The notes beneath the pieces are model-generated. The model saw nothing but the letters and a program-made list of their open reading frames with translations. It was not told where the DNA came from and made no database searches. DNA of 64,000 nt from a bacterium. Its GTDB lineage: Bacteria; UBA8248; JACPRG01; G963555815. The position numbers and the translations under genes are program-made. Positions 45,698 through 55,724 of this stretch are shown piece after piece (positions within the stretch are counted from its first letter, which is position 1; every line of letters starts with the position of its first letter). The stretch covers positions 2,400,001 through 2,464,000 of the forward strand of contig OZ244653.1 of assembly GCA_965218795.1 (NCBI GenBank), given 5' to 3'.

Positions 45698-46591
45698 ATG
45701 GCCATTCAAGAAGTCGACAGCTTTTATTTTCATCCCGGGATGAAGGACTACGTACTGCCCCTCCGACACGCGGATCCCGCGGGCACGCCCTGGACCCCGC
45801 TTCCAAAGCCGCTGGCGGAGTGCTGTGTGACGCTTGTCTCATCTGCCGGCATCCGCCTCCAGGGGGATACCCCGTTCGACCTCGACCGTGAACGGCGTGA
45901 GCCGACCTGGGGGGACCCCACCCACCGGGAGATCCCGAGGTCCGCCGGTCAGGACGATGTGGAATATACCCATATGCACATCGCCACTGGTTACCTTGAA
46001 AAAGACCGGAATGTCTCCTGGCCCGTGGATCGGTTTCTGGAATTCGAGCGGGAAGGGAAAATCGGGCGGGTGGCCGATACGCTTTACTCCATTTACGGGT
46101 ACGTACCGAACTTTCATCCGCTTCTGAAGCGGACCGCCCCGAAGATGATTGCCCGGATGAAAGAGGAAGGTGTGGATGCGGCCTTTCTCTTTCCCGTTTG
46201 ACCGATTTGTCCACGGTCCGTCGGACTGCTTCAGCGAAAGCTCGAGGAAGCGGGAATCTCCACCGTCTCGATCAGCAACGTTCCGGAAATCACCTTTCGG
46301 GTATGCGTGCCCCGGGCGGTTTTCATTCAGTATCCGTTCGGTCGGTTGCTCGGCGACGTTGGGGACACCGCGGGACAGCGGCGCATCTGTGAGGACATGC
46401 TCGAAGTTCTCGCCACGTCGAAAGCGCCAAATACCTGCCGGCATCTTCCATATGACTGGCCCGAATCGGCGGAAGAGACCCGATGGCGGCCCGATGAATC
46501 GCCGCCGCTCGGGAGCTATGCGCGGTCGAAGGGGCTGGACCTGCCGAAAACGCTGGTGGAGGCCATGCGCGATGAGGAACGGGAAGGGTAG
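45698..46591 (+). CDS. Glycine/sarcosine/betaine/D-proline reductase selenoprotein B-like protein, 297 aa, Sec at residue 168
   Basis: PWTPLPKPL..VTLVSSAG..GDPTHR..DAAFLFPV-TGA(46199)-PICPRSVGL..PRAV..YPFG; frame open after the TGA; hairpin at 46214-46228. Confidence 0.85.
46214..46228 (+). promoter_or_regulatory. Candidate bacterial SECIS (equivalent hairpin at 45216-45230)
   Basis: CGGTCC-GTC-GGACTG, loop begins with G after an 18-nt spacer from the UGA; copy 1 is AGGTCC-GTG-GGGCTT. Confidence 0.6.
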
Positions 46592-46713
46592 GGTTCCTTC
46601 TGATTTCTCAGTGCAAAACGGCTGAACGAGATATTCTGCGGGAGAGGAGGGATCCGGTCCATCCTTCAATGGCCGGGCGGGATTCAGGAATCGGCCCGAA
46701 GGGGTTGTCGCGA

Positions 46714-47199
46714 TCAGTGCTTTGCGGGGGCCGGATCCCGTTCGGCGGCTTTCAAGATGGCATCGATGATTTCATAGTAGCTTGTGCATCGGCAGAGGTT
46801 GCCGGCCATGTAGCGGCGGATTTCCGGTTCAGCGGGTCGGGGATTTTCATTCAAAAGAGCCCGGGCGGTCATGATCATGCCCGGCGTGCAGTATCCGCAT
46901 TGGAAGGCCCCGGTTTCGATGAACGCTTCCTGGACGGGGTCGAGTTCTCCGTCCCGGGCCAAACCCTCCGTCGTGACGATTTCCGTCCCGTCCGCCAGCA
47001 GCGCCAGCTGCACGCACGTGGCGACCGGCTGCCCGTTTTCCAGGACCGTACACGCCCCGCAGATTCCCAGCCCGCACACTTCCCGCGGACCCGTCTTCTT
47101 GAGCTGCTTGACCAGGACGTCACAGAGCGTTTGATGATTTCGGACCGGGAGGGTATAGGACTTCCCGTCCACAGTCATTTGAATATCCGTTTCGTTCAA
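46714..47199 (-). CDS. Molybdenum hydroxylase 2Fe-2S subunit (CoxS-like)
   Basis: CGLGICGACTV, QCGYCTPG, NLCRCT; TTG start with AGGAG RBS. Confidence 0.9.
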   Translation of the reverse strand: MNETDIQMTVDGKSYTLPVRNHQTLCDVLVKQLKKTGPREVCGLGICGACTVLENGQPVATCVQLALLADGTEIVTTEGLARDGELDPVQEAFIETGAFQCGYCTPGMIMTARALLNENPRPAEPEIRRYMAGNLCRCTSYYEIIDAILKAAERDPAPAKH

Positions 47200-47248
47200 G
47201 GGGTCTGGACTCCTGAAGGTTGATGGCTCCGGCTCCGAAGAGCGGGTT

Positions 47249-49597
47249 TCATTTGGAGTTCCCGCCTTCCTTTTCCTTGAGCGCGCGCAGAACCTTTTCC
47301 GGCGTAATGGGGAGGTCGTGTATCCGTACCCCGATCGCGTCGTAGATGGCGTTGGCGATGGCCGGCCCCGTCGGGGTGATGGAGGTCTCCCCGGTTCCCT
47401 TGGCGCCAAAGGGTCCGTCCTTGTGTGGCGTCTCTATAATGATGTTTTCCATGACGGCCGGAATCTCTTCGAACGAGGGCAGCACGTAATCGGATAAGTT
47501 GGGATTGATCGGCTGTCCGTTATCGAAGTTGAGCGATTCATAAAGCGTCTGACCGTAGGCCATCATGGAGGACCCTGCAATCTGTTCTTCGCATCGAAGC
47601 GGATTGAGGGCCTTACCGACGTCGATGGAGTTGATCAGCTTTCGGACCCTGACCTGTCCGGTCTCGGTGTCCACCTCGACCTCTGCCGCGCCGGCCCCCA
47701 CGAACCAGAACACCGCCGTGAGCTCCCCTTCGGCCTGGCCCGTGTCGAAATTCAGCTTGCCGCCTTCCACCTTGTACAGGCCCGTGCCCAGAAGATCCCC
47801 GCCGTTCATCCTGAAGTATCCCTGGACCGCCTCGCGGAAGGTCAGAGACCGATCGGGCGCCCCTTCGACCCAGATCTTCCCGCCGCCCGTCCGCAGCTCT
47901 CCCGGGTCGGCCTCGAGCTGTTCGGCGGCGATCGCGATCACCAGCTCGCGGATGGCCATCGAAGCCTTCTGAACGGCTCCGCCCACATGAAACGTCGAGC
48001 GGGAGGAGTTGGTCATCTGATCGTACGGGGTGTAATCCGTGTCCTGGTGGGTGACGATCACCTCATCGTACCGGACGCCGAGCGTTTCAGCCGCAATCTG
48101 GGCCATGACCGTGTTGGAGCCCTGGCCCATATCCACGGCGCTGGCCACGACGTTGACGCTTCCGTCGTCGTTGAGCTTCATGTAGGCGCTTGAGGTCGTG
48201 GGCGTGGCCGTGCTCTTGATTGTCACGGACAAGCCCTTGCCCACCTTGACCTTTGGGTTCCGTGCGGGCGCCGCCGGCGATGCCCATTGGATCGCCTCCG
48301 CGGCCTTCCGCAGGCTTTCCTTGAACCCGACGGCGTGCATCTTCGAACCGGTGGCGAACGTGTCTCCGTCGTCCAGCAGATTCATCATCCGGAATTCGTA
48401 GGGATCGATCCCGAGCTCTTCGGCCAGGCGGTCCATCTGATTTTCGTAGGCCCAGGAGACCTGCGCAACGCCGAAGCCGCGGAAGGGGCCGGCGGACGGC
48501 TTATTGGTGAGTACGCAATAGGCGTCCACCCGCACGTGCTCCCACTTGTACGGACCGCAGGAAACGTAACCCGAGTTCTTCGTGACCCGGGGACCGATAT
48601 CGGCATAAGCCCCCGTGTCCATCCGGTTGGTCATTTGCCGGGCGACGAGCCGGCCGTCCTGCATGACGCCGGTCTTGACCGTGACGACCGATGCGTGCTT
48701 CACGCAGGTCAGAAAGGTTTCTTCCCGGGAAAGCATCATCCGGACGGGGCGCCGGGACTTGATGGCAAGGCAGGAGACCAGCGGCTCCAGCCGCGCGTAG
48801 GTCTTCGAACCGTAGCCCCCGCCCACATAGGTGACTTCCACCCGGACATCGCTGACCGGCACCTTCAGGCAGTGGGCGGTCTCCTGACGGGCCAGAAAAG
48901 GATTCTGGTTGCTCGTCCAGATGTGCATGCGCCCGTCGGCTTCCTGTCGGGCGATTGTGATGAACGGCTCAAAGGTGACGTGCTGGGTGGTTGGAGTGGA
49001 ATACGTTTCCTCGATCACGAGATCGCTTTTACCGAACCCTTCCTCGACGTCGCCGTTTCGGAGGATGAAATGATTGCAGATGTTTGTCCCCGGGACCGGC
49101 CGCACGGTCTTCAGGTCGGCGAATCCGATGGGAGGGAGCTCCATTGTTTCGTGGACGAGCGGCGCGTCCTCCTTGAGCGCGTCCAGGACGTTGGTGACGG
49201 CGGGAAGCCCCTCATATTCGACTTCGATGAGTTCCAGCGCCTCATCCAGAATGTCCTCGTCCTCCGCCACGACGGCCGCGACGGGGTCGCCGACGAAGCG
49301 GACCTTGTCGAAGCAGATAATCGGCTGGTCGTAGTAAACAGGCCCGAAGGTCGGGAAGTACGGTCCCAGGTCGTCCCGGGTGAAGGCGCAGACCACGCCG
49401 GGAAGATTTTCCGCTTTCGAAGCGTCGACGCTCAGGATCCGGGCGTGAGGGTAAGGGCTCCGGAGCGCCCGGGCGTGGACCATGTCCGGAATCTCGACGT
49501 GGGTCGTGTAGATCCCGTCTCCCCGCACCTTCATCTCGGCCTCGGGGCGTATTTCGCTCTTCCCTATGGTTTGGAAGGGGCTGGCCGGTTCATTCAT
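47249..49597 (-). CDS. Xanthine dehydrogenase-family molybdopterin subunit
   Basis: VGGGYGSK, FRGFG, DMGQG, GPFGAKGTGE. Confidence 0.92.
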   Translation of the reverse strand: MNEPASPFQTIGKSEIRPEAEMKVRGDGIYTTHVEIPDMVHARALRSPYPHARILSVDASKAENLPGVVCAFTRDDLGPYFPTFGPVYYDQPIICFDKVRFVGDPVAAVVAEDEDILDEALELIEVEYEGLPAVTNVLDALKEDAPLVHETMELPPIGFADLKTVRPVPGTNICNHFILRNGDVEEGFGKSDLVIEETYSTPTTQHVTFEPFITIARQEADGRMHIWTSNQNPFLARQETAHCLKVPVSDVRVEVTYVGGGYGSKTYARLEPLVSCLAIKSRRPVRMMLSREETFLTCVKHASVVTVKTGVMQDGRLVARQMTNRMDTGAYADIGPRVTKNSGYVSCGPYKWEHVRVDAYCVLTNKPSAGPFRGFGVAQVSWAYENQMDRLAEELGIDPYEFRMMNLLDDGDTFATGSKMHAVGFKESLRKAAEAIQWASPAAPARNPKVKVGKGLSVTIKSTATPTTSSAYMKLNDDGSVNVVASAVDMGQGSNTVMAQIAAETLGVRYDEVIVTHQDTDYTPYDQMTNSSRSTFHVGGAVQKASMAIRELVIAIAAEQLEADPGELRTGGGKIWVEGAPDRSLTFREAVQGYFRMNGGDLLGTGLYKVEGGKLNFDTGQAEGELTAVFWFVGAGAAEVEVDTETGQVRVRKLINSIDVGKALNPLRCEEQIAGSSMMAYGQTLYESLNFDNGQPINPNLSDYVLPSFEEIPAVMENIIIETPHKDGPFGAKGTGETSITPTGPAIANAIYDAIGVRIHDLPITPEKVLRALKEKEGGNSK

Positions 49598-50487
49598 GTG
49601 ATGTCCCTCCCCAGAGCCTTTTGAAGGGCGCGGCGGGCGAAGACCGGGACCAATTCCCGTTTGTACCAGGCGGAGCCCCGGCTGTCGCTCATGCACTCCA
49701 CTTGGTCATAGCAATGGGCGGCCGCGTCTTCGATCAGGCGGTCGTCCAGTGGATGTCCGCCGGCTCGTTCGCCCAATCCCTCCACGCGGTGGGGGATCTC
49801 GGTGGCCGAGCCAAAGATCAAATCGAGAGACCGGCAGACGTCGTCGCTCTCCTGCACGAAGGCCGCCACGCCGAGGCACGGCCAGTCGGTTGAGGTGGTC
49901 GGGCAGTATTTCATGTAGGCGGAGCGAAGGCCCGAATCGGGCAGGGGGATTGTCACCTCCGTCAAAACCTCATCCGGCTCCAGGGCTGTTTCCAGGTACC
50001 CCGTAAAGAACTCGGATGCGGGGATCCGGCGCTCCGCCCGGGCGCTCCGCACCGTCATGTCCGCCCCAAGGCCGATCAGGACCGGGGGCGGATCGGAATG
50101 CGGATCACCGTGCGCAAGCTCTCCGCCGAGCGTCCCCAACGTGCGGATGCGCACGTTGGCGATGCCGCCGAAGGTTTCGGAGAGGACAGGGCAGTGCCGG
50201 CGCACGAGGGGAGAAGACTCGACGGACCGGTGCAGGACGGAGGCGCCGATCTTCATGACCCCGCCATCCATGGTGATTTCGTCCAGACCCGGAACCGCCT
50301 TCATGCCGACCAGGCGGACGGGCTTGAACAGCCGTTGCTTGATCAGGATGCTGAGGGCGACGCCTCCGGCAACGAGCTTGACCCTGTCATCGCCAGACGC
50401 AATTTGCCCGCAGACATCCTCGAGGCTTTCCGGACGGACAAATTCAAATCCCGCCAATCGAATGGGCTCCTGAATCAATCGGCTCAT
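49594..50487 (-). CDS. Molybdenum hydroxylase FAD subunit (CoxM-like)
   Basis: VAGGVAL, IRTLGTLGG, DPHSD, DSRGSAWYK. Confidence 0.9.
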   Translation of the reverse strand: MSRLIQEPIRLAGFEFVRPESLEDVCGQIASGDDRVKLVAGGVALSILIKQRLFKPVRLVGMKAVPGLDEITMDGGVMKIGASVLHRSVESSPLVRRHCPVLSETFGGIANVRIRTLGTLGGELAHGDPHSDPPPVLIGLGADMTVRSARAERRIPASEFFTGYLETALEPDEVLTEVTIPLPDSGLRSAYMKYCPTTSTDWPCLGVAAFVQESDDVCRSLDLIFGSATEIPHRVEGLGERAGGHPLDDRLIEDAAAHCYDQVECMSDSRGSAWYKRELVPVFARRALQKALGRDIT

Positions 50488-50619
50488 GACCGAAAAACGA
50501 AAGGACGCCGCCCGATATGGATGCTCCGGCGGCATTCTGCGTAAGGCGTTATTATACACGAGCTTGGGACCGGGCGCCGCGGGACACCCAACCCGGGATG
50601 GATCTGCTACGATGAGCGC

Positions 50620-50985
50620 ATGGGCATCGAGTGCATCAGCGCGATAACCCTGGCCACCCATGATATGGGCCGCGCGGTTCGTTTTTACCGGGCCCTTGGG
50701 TTCGAGATGATTTACGGAGGAGAAGGAGCATCGTTTACCAGCCTTCACGCGGGGACCGGCTACCTGAATCTTCTGCTCCAGCCGGCGGACCGGACCTGGT
50801 CGTGGTGGGGCCGGGTCATCTTCTACACGTCCGACGTGGATGCCCTTTACGACCGCGCCGTTGAAGAAGGTCTCCGGCCGGACACGGAACCGCGCGACGC
50901 TCCGTGGGGGGAGCGTTTCTTTCATATCACCGATCCGGACGGTCACGAGATCAGCTTCGCCAAACGGTTGGACACGGCCGCCTGA
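50620..50985 (+). CDS. VOC/glyoxalase family protein
   Basis: DMGRAVRFY, DVDALY, PWGERFF..DPDGHEISF. Confidence 0.9.
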   Translation: MGIECISAITLATHDMGRAVRFYRALGFEMIYGGEGASFTSLHAGTGYLNLLLQPADRTWSWWGRVIFYTSDVDALYDRAVEEGLRPDTEPRDAPWGERFFHITDPDGHEISFAKRLDTAA

Positions 50986-51050
50986 GCCGCCCCGTTGGGT
51001 GATCGCTCCTTTCCAATCGAAAAGGGTGCGGCTCCTTCACGAGAACCCGG

Positions 51051-51884
51051 ATGATGAGCAGTCCCGAACCCATTGAGCACAGTCCCTTCAAGGATATGGA
51101 GAGAGCCGGTTGGGAAACGGTGGCTGCTCAATATCACGATCTGTGGTCCAACCTTACGAAGCAATCCATCGAGCCTCTGCTGGATGTGGTGTCAGCGGAG
51201 GAGGGAAGGCGCGTCCTGGATGTCGCCACGGGTCCCGGGTACGCGGCGGCGGTTGCGGCAAGGCGCGGCGCGGAGGTGATCGGTATCGATTTTTCGTCGG
51301 CGCAGGTGGCCCTGGCGAAAGAAAGCTATCCCGATGTCGATTTTCTGCAGGGGGACGCCGAAGACCTGCCGTTTCCGGATGAGGCCTTCGACGCGCTCGT
51401 CATGAACTACGGAATGCTTCACTTGGCGCATCCGGATCGGGCGGTTTCCGAGGCCCACCGGGTCTTGAAGAGCGGGGGCGGGTTCGGCTTCACGGTCTGG
51501 GCGAATCCCGATGAGCCCGTGGGATTGTCGCTGGTTCGCACGGCCATCGAGGCCCACGGAAACCCGGACGTCCCGCTTCCTCCCGGCCCCCCCTTCTTCC
51601 GCTTCAGCGACGCGGATGAATCCCGCCGCGTCCTGATCAGGGCGGGTTTTGAGGCCCCTGAGGTCGCTCAACTGCCGCAGATCTGGAAAGTTCCCAGCGT
51701 CGATACGCTGCTTACGGCCATGCTGGAGGCGACGGTTCGGACGAGGGCGCTTCTTCTGATGCAAACCCCTGAGACGGTTCAGGCGATTCGGATGGCGATG
51801 GCTGAGGCGGCCGGTCCGTTTATGCGGGAAGGAGGGTTGGAGATTCCCTCGCCCGCCGTTTTGGCATCGGCCGTCAAGCCTTGA
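51051..51884 (+). CDS. Class I SAM-dependent methyltransferase
   Basis: VLDVATGPG, GDAEDLPF, RVLKSGG. Confidence 0.9.
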   Translation: MMSSPEPIEHSPFKDMERAGWETVAAQYHDLWSNLTKQSIEPLLDVVSAEEGRRVLDVATGPGYAAAVAARRGAEVIGIDFSSAQVALAKESYPDVDFLQGDAEDLPFPDEAFDALVMNYGMLHLAHPDRAVSEAHRVLKSGGGFGFTVWANPDEPVGLSLVRTAIEAHGNPDVPLPPGPPFFRFSDADESRRVLIRAGFEAPEVAQLPQIWKVPSVDTLLTAMLEATVRTRALLLMQTPETVQAIRMAMAEAAGPFMREGGLEIPSPAVLASAVKP

Positions 51885-52311
51885 GCCTGGAAGCCAGGTT
51901 GAATGAATGTCGGCATTCATTGAGATTCCCTCGGGCACCAGGAGGGCAGACCTGGGGACAAAGCATGCTGAACATCGAGCTGATCGGTCTCCGGCGGTTC
52001 AAGAGCTTTCTCTTCTTCGTCTCCGTTCCCGGATTCGGGGCCGCTCACCAGCAGGCCGGCATTCGGGTCCCGTTCACATCGATCTGGATGTCTTGCTCTC
52101 GTTCATCGGGGTTCCCCCTGGGCGTCCACGTATGGCGGTCTTCGTATCCCTCGCTCGACACGATGGTTGCAATCGTTCAACTTCACAACGTCCCGATGAA
52201 CAAAGCTGTTTATTCCGGGCGAGGAGTTCCGCCTCAACGGGGATAGAATGGGACGAGGACGTTTGAGGAGATGGACATCCCGTCGCTGCGGGATAGAGGT
52301 GAGGTGTACGA

Positions 52312-54555
52312 TTGGATCTTCTCCAGCCCACCGAGGTAGAAACGGTCGAAGGCGCCCTCGACCGCATCACGTTCGCCAACGAGGAGTCCGGCTGGACGGT
52401 CGTCCAACTCCGTGTCCAGGGGCGACGCGAACCGGTAACGGTCGTGGGTTCGATGCCCGGCCTGCAGGCAGGCGAGACTCTTCGGATTCGCGGGCGGTGG
52501 GTTCAGAACCCGAAGTTCGGCCGGCAGTTCGAGGTCGAGCAGTTCGAGACCGTCACCCCTTCGACGGAACTCGGTATCCGGCGTTACCTGGGCTCGGGAA
52601 TGATCAAGGGAATCGGCCCCAAGATGGCCGACCGACTCGTGGACGCCTTTGGTACGAATACCCTTGATGTCCTTGAAAACGATGACGCGCGGCTTCAGCG
52701 TGTCGACGGGATCGGACCCAAACGCGCAAAGTGGATACGGGATGCCTGGAAAAAGCAAAAGGCCGTACGAGACGTCATGATCTTCCTTCAGGCGCACGGG
52801 GTATCCTCCGCCTGTGCCGCGCGGATATTCAGGAAGTACGGCTCGTCCTCGATCGAGGTGGTCCAGAACAACCCCTACCTCCTGGCCAGAGACATTCCCG
52901 GAGTCGGTTTCAAGACGGCGGATGGCATCGCCTTCAGGCTCGGCTTTCAGCATGACAGCGAAGTGCGCGCGGAAGCGGGGATCATCTACACCCTGAAGGA
53001 AGTGATGGACGAGGGGCATTGCCTCTGTCTGGAGGGGGACCTCCTCAACCGTTGCGTCAAGGGACTGAATCTTCCCCGGGAAGTTCTTTCGCGGGCGCTC
53101 CCGAAGCTTGAGCAAGAGGAACAGATTGTTCGGGAGAGACCGGATGCGGGTGCAGGCGAAAGTCTCGTATTCTTGAAATCCCTGTACGATTCCGAAGTCT
53201 CATTCGCCTTCCGCGTCAAGAATTTCATGGAAACAAAACCAGCACCGGTCCGGATTGATGTCGATGCTGCGCTGAAGTGGGTACAGGAGCGCTCTGCTAT
53301 CGAATTCTCCCCCCAGCAGCAGGAGGCAGTCCGGAAGGCCCTCACCCACAAGGCGCTGATCATCACCGGCGGACCGGGCACCGGCAAGACCACCATCGTT
53401 CAAAGCATCCTGGACATTCTGGAGAGAAAAAAACTGCGCATCGGGCTGGCGGCGCCCACGGGCCGGGCGGCGAAGCGGCTCTCGGAGGCCACGGGCAGGC
53501 CCGCCCAGACCATCCACCGTCTCCTGAAATTCGATCCCCGCCAGACGGCCTTCGGGTTCAACGGCATCAATCCCTTGCCGCTCGATCTCCTGATCCTGGA
53601 CGAATCCTCGATGATCGACCTCCCGCTCATGGAGCAGTTGTTCCAAGCGGTCCATGCCCAGGCGCGCATCATCTGGGTCGGGGACGCGGATCAGCTTCCT
53701 TCCGTGGGCCCGGGGCAGGTCTTGGCCGACCTCATCGAGTCGGGGCGAATCGCGGTGGTCCGGTTGACGGAGATTTTCAGGCAGGAGGACGGGGGTTGGA
53801 TTATCGAAAACGCCCACCGCGTCAAGCAGGGACTGAACCCGGAGTTCCCGCCGGGTGCCCAGGACGTCTTTTTCATCGAGCGGGAGGACCCCGCCGAGGG
53901 TGCTGAGACCATCCGCGAGATCGTGACCGAACGAATCCCGAAGACCTTTGGATTAAGCCCAAAGGCCGACGTCCAGGTGTTGACGCCGATGCACCGCGGG
54001 GAACTGGGCTCGACCCACCTCAACGGGCTCCTGCAATCCGCGCTCAATCCGGGAGGGGAGTCCGTGCAACGGTACGGCCGGACGTTCCGCAGGGGCGATA
54101 AGGTCATGCAGGTGCGCAATCATTACGACAAGGACGTCTTCAACGGGGATATCGGGTTTATTGCAGGGGTGAGATCAGGCGAGCAGGAGATCGACGTCGA
54201 GTTCGACGGTCGGTCCATCCGCTACGATTTCAGCGAGCTGGACGAGCTGCTTCCTGCATACGCGGTGTCCATCCACAAGTCCCAGGGAAGCGAGTACCCG
54301 GCGGTGGTGATTCCGCTGCATACCCAGCACTATGTCATGCTTCAACGAAATCTTCTCTACACCGCCCTGACGCGAGGCAAGCGGCTCGTCGTGGTCGTGG
54401 GCACGGACAAGGCGCTGGGTATCGCCGTTCGAAACGCCCAGAAGGGAGGCCGATGGACCCGGTTGAAAGAACGGCTTGCGGGAGCTCCGGCCTCGGGACC
54501 AGAAATATCGGAAGGCCCCTCCCGGCAGCCGGACGGAATCGGTGCCGCTGAATAG
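52312..54555 (+). CDS. recD2: RecD2-like SF1B helicase
   Basis: HhH motifs, GGPGTGKT, DESSM, GDADQLPSVGPG, HKSQGSEY. Confidence 0.93.
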   Translation: MDLLQPTEVETVEGALDRITFANEESGWTVVQLRVQGRREPVTVVGSMPGLQAGETLRIRGRWVQNPKFGRQFEVEQFETVTPSTELGIRRYLGSGMIKGIGPKMADRLVDAFGTNTLDVLENDDARLQRVDGIGPKRAKWIRDAWKKQKAVRDVMIFLQAHGVSSACAARIFRKYGSSSIEVVQNNPYLLARDIPGVGFKTADGIAFRLGFQHDSEVRAEAGIIYTLKEVMDEGHCLCLEGDLLNRCVKGLNLPREVLSRALPKLEQEEQIVRERPDAGAGESLVFLKSLYDSEVSFAFRVKNFMETKPAPVRIDVDAALKWVQERSAIEFSPQQQEAVRKALTHKALIITGGPGTGKTTIVQSILDILERKKLRIGLAAPTGRAAKRLSEATGRPAQTIHRLLKFDPRQTAFGFNGINPLPLDLLILDESSMIDLPLMEQLFQAVHAQARIIWVGDADQLPSVGPGQVLADLIESGRIAVVRLTEIFRQEDGGWIIENAHRVKQGLNPEFPPGAQDVFFIEREDPAEGAETIREIVTERIPKTFGLSPKADVQVLTPMHRGELGSTHLNGLLQSALNPGGESVQRYGRTFRRGDKVMQVRNHYDKDVFNGDIGFIAGVRSGEQEIDVEFDGRSIRYDFSELDELLPAYAVSIHKSQGSEYPAVVIPLHTQHYVMLQRNLLYTALTRGKRLVVVVGTDKALGIAVRNAQKGGRWTRLKERLAGAPASGPEISEGPSRQPDGIGAAE

Positions 54556-54571
54556 GAAGGAAGGGCAGCGG

Positions 54572-55342
54572 ATGGCGAGACGACGTGTGGACCCGGTCCT
54601 GATGAGCATTGTCCGCATCAAGCTCGTGCGGAGTGAGGAGGAGTTCGGCACAGCCACGGGCTTCTTCTTTGCCAAGGAGGGCCGGATCCATCTAGTCACC
54701 AACCGTCACGCCGCCCGGAGTGATCGACGGGACGTCCAGCCCACGCACTTCCGGATTCAACTCCACGAGACCGCGGACGACCTCGGGCAAAACCAGTGGG
54801 TGTCCGTTCCCCTGTTTGATGAGTCGGAGAAACCCCGTTGGCTCGAGGACAAGACCAGCGACTCCGACGTGCTTTGCCTGGAGGTTGAGGAAGTCCGGAA
54901 AATGGCCGCCGAAAAGGCGATTGCCATCTCGGCGTTGTCCGAGGCGGATTTCGTTCCCGAGGATCTGGAATTCGAGCTGGGACAGGAGCTTCTCGTCATC
55001 GGATATCCGCGGGGATACTATGACGAGGTCCACAACCTGCCGGTCATCCGGTACGCCACCCTCGCGTCCCCTTATCCCATTCCCTTTCAGGGGAAACCGC
55101 TGGCCCTCATCGACGCCAACCTCCATCCGGGGACCAGCGGTTCGCCGGTCATCCTGAAGCCGGCCTCCGTCCCGATGTGGAGCCGGGGGATGGACCCGTT
55201 GTCCCGCCGGAGGGTGTACCTCATCGGGGTCCATTCATCTTCGGTCGGCGCGGTGCTGAAGGACGGCGGCAAAGACCCGTTGGGTCTTCATCTAATCTGG
55301 TTCGCGGACCTGATCACGGGCATCATCGACGGAAAGGGGTAA
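54572..55342 (+). CDS. Trypsin-like serine protease, no signal peptide
   Basis: ATGFF..VTNRH, SDV, IGYP, PGTSGSPV. Confidence 0.85.
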   Translation: MARRRVDPVLMSIVRIKLVRSEEEFGTATGFFFAKEGRIHLVTNRHAARSDRRDVQPTHFRIQLHETADDLGQNQWVSVPLFDESEKPRWLEDKTSDSDVLCLEVEEVRKMAAEKAIAISALSEADFVPEDLEFELGQELLVIGYPRGYYDEVHNLPVIRYATLASPYPIPFQGKPLALIDANLHPGTSGSPVILKPASVPMWSRGMDPLSRRRVYLIGVHSSSVGAVLKDGGKDPLGLHLIWFADLITGIIDGKG

Positions 55343-55377
55343 AACCCGTTGCCGCCCGGGTTCATCGGAGCGGGCGG

Positions 55378-55560
55378 TCAGGCCCCGGCCTTCCGGTTCT
55401 CCTCCTCCAGGTACTTTTCGAACTCGGCCATATGATAAGAGATGAAGCAGAATGCGTGATGGAGAGATATATATTCTATATCCTCCCGATCGGTTTCGGC
55501 ATCGTGCCGAAGCTCGTTGAGTTGCGCCAGGATGGGTTCCGCTCGAAGCTCTTCGGCCAT
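55378..55560 (-). CDS. Small acidic hypothetical protein
   Basis: AGGAG RBS; protein-like 60 aa. Confidence 0.6.
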   Translation of the reverse strand: MAEELRAEPILAQLNELRHDAETDREDIEYISLHHAFCFISYHMAEFEKYLEEENRKAGA

Positions 55561-55724
55561 GGGTTGCTCCTTGTCGTAACGCTGCCGGGGCGGTGGATAT
55601 CCGCCAACCGTTCGACTGCGTTGGCAGTCAATGTGGATTCTTCAATTCGAGGAACTAATGTTACACTGAATCGAGGCCCCTGAAAGAAGAGGGCCGCGCG
55701 GTTCCATCGAGGGTTTGAAACACT

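Noticed and set aside
47249-49597. Aerobic CO dehydrogenase CoxL
   Set aside because: Active-site loop is GPFRGFG, not AYxCSFR or AYRGAGR; substrate unknown
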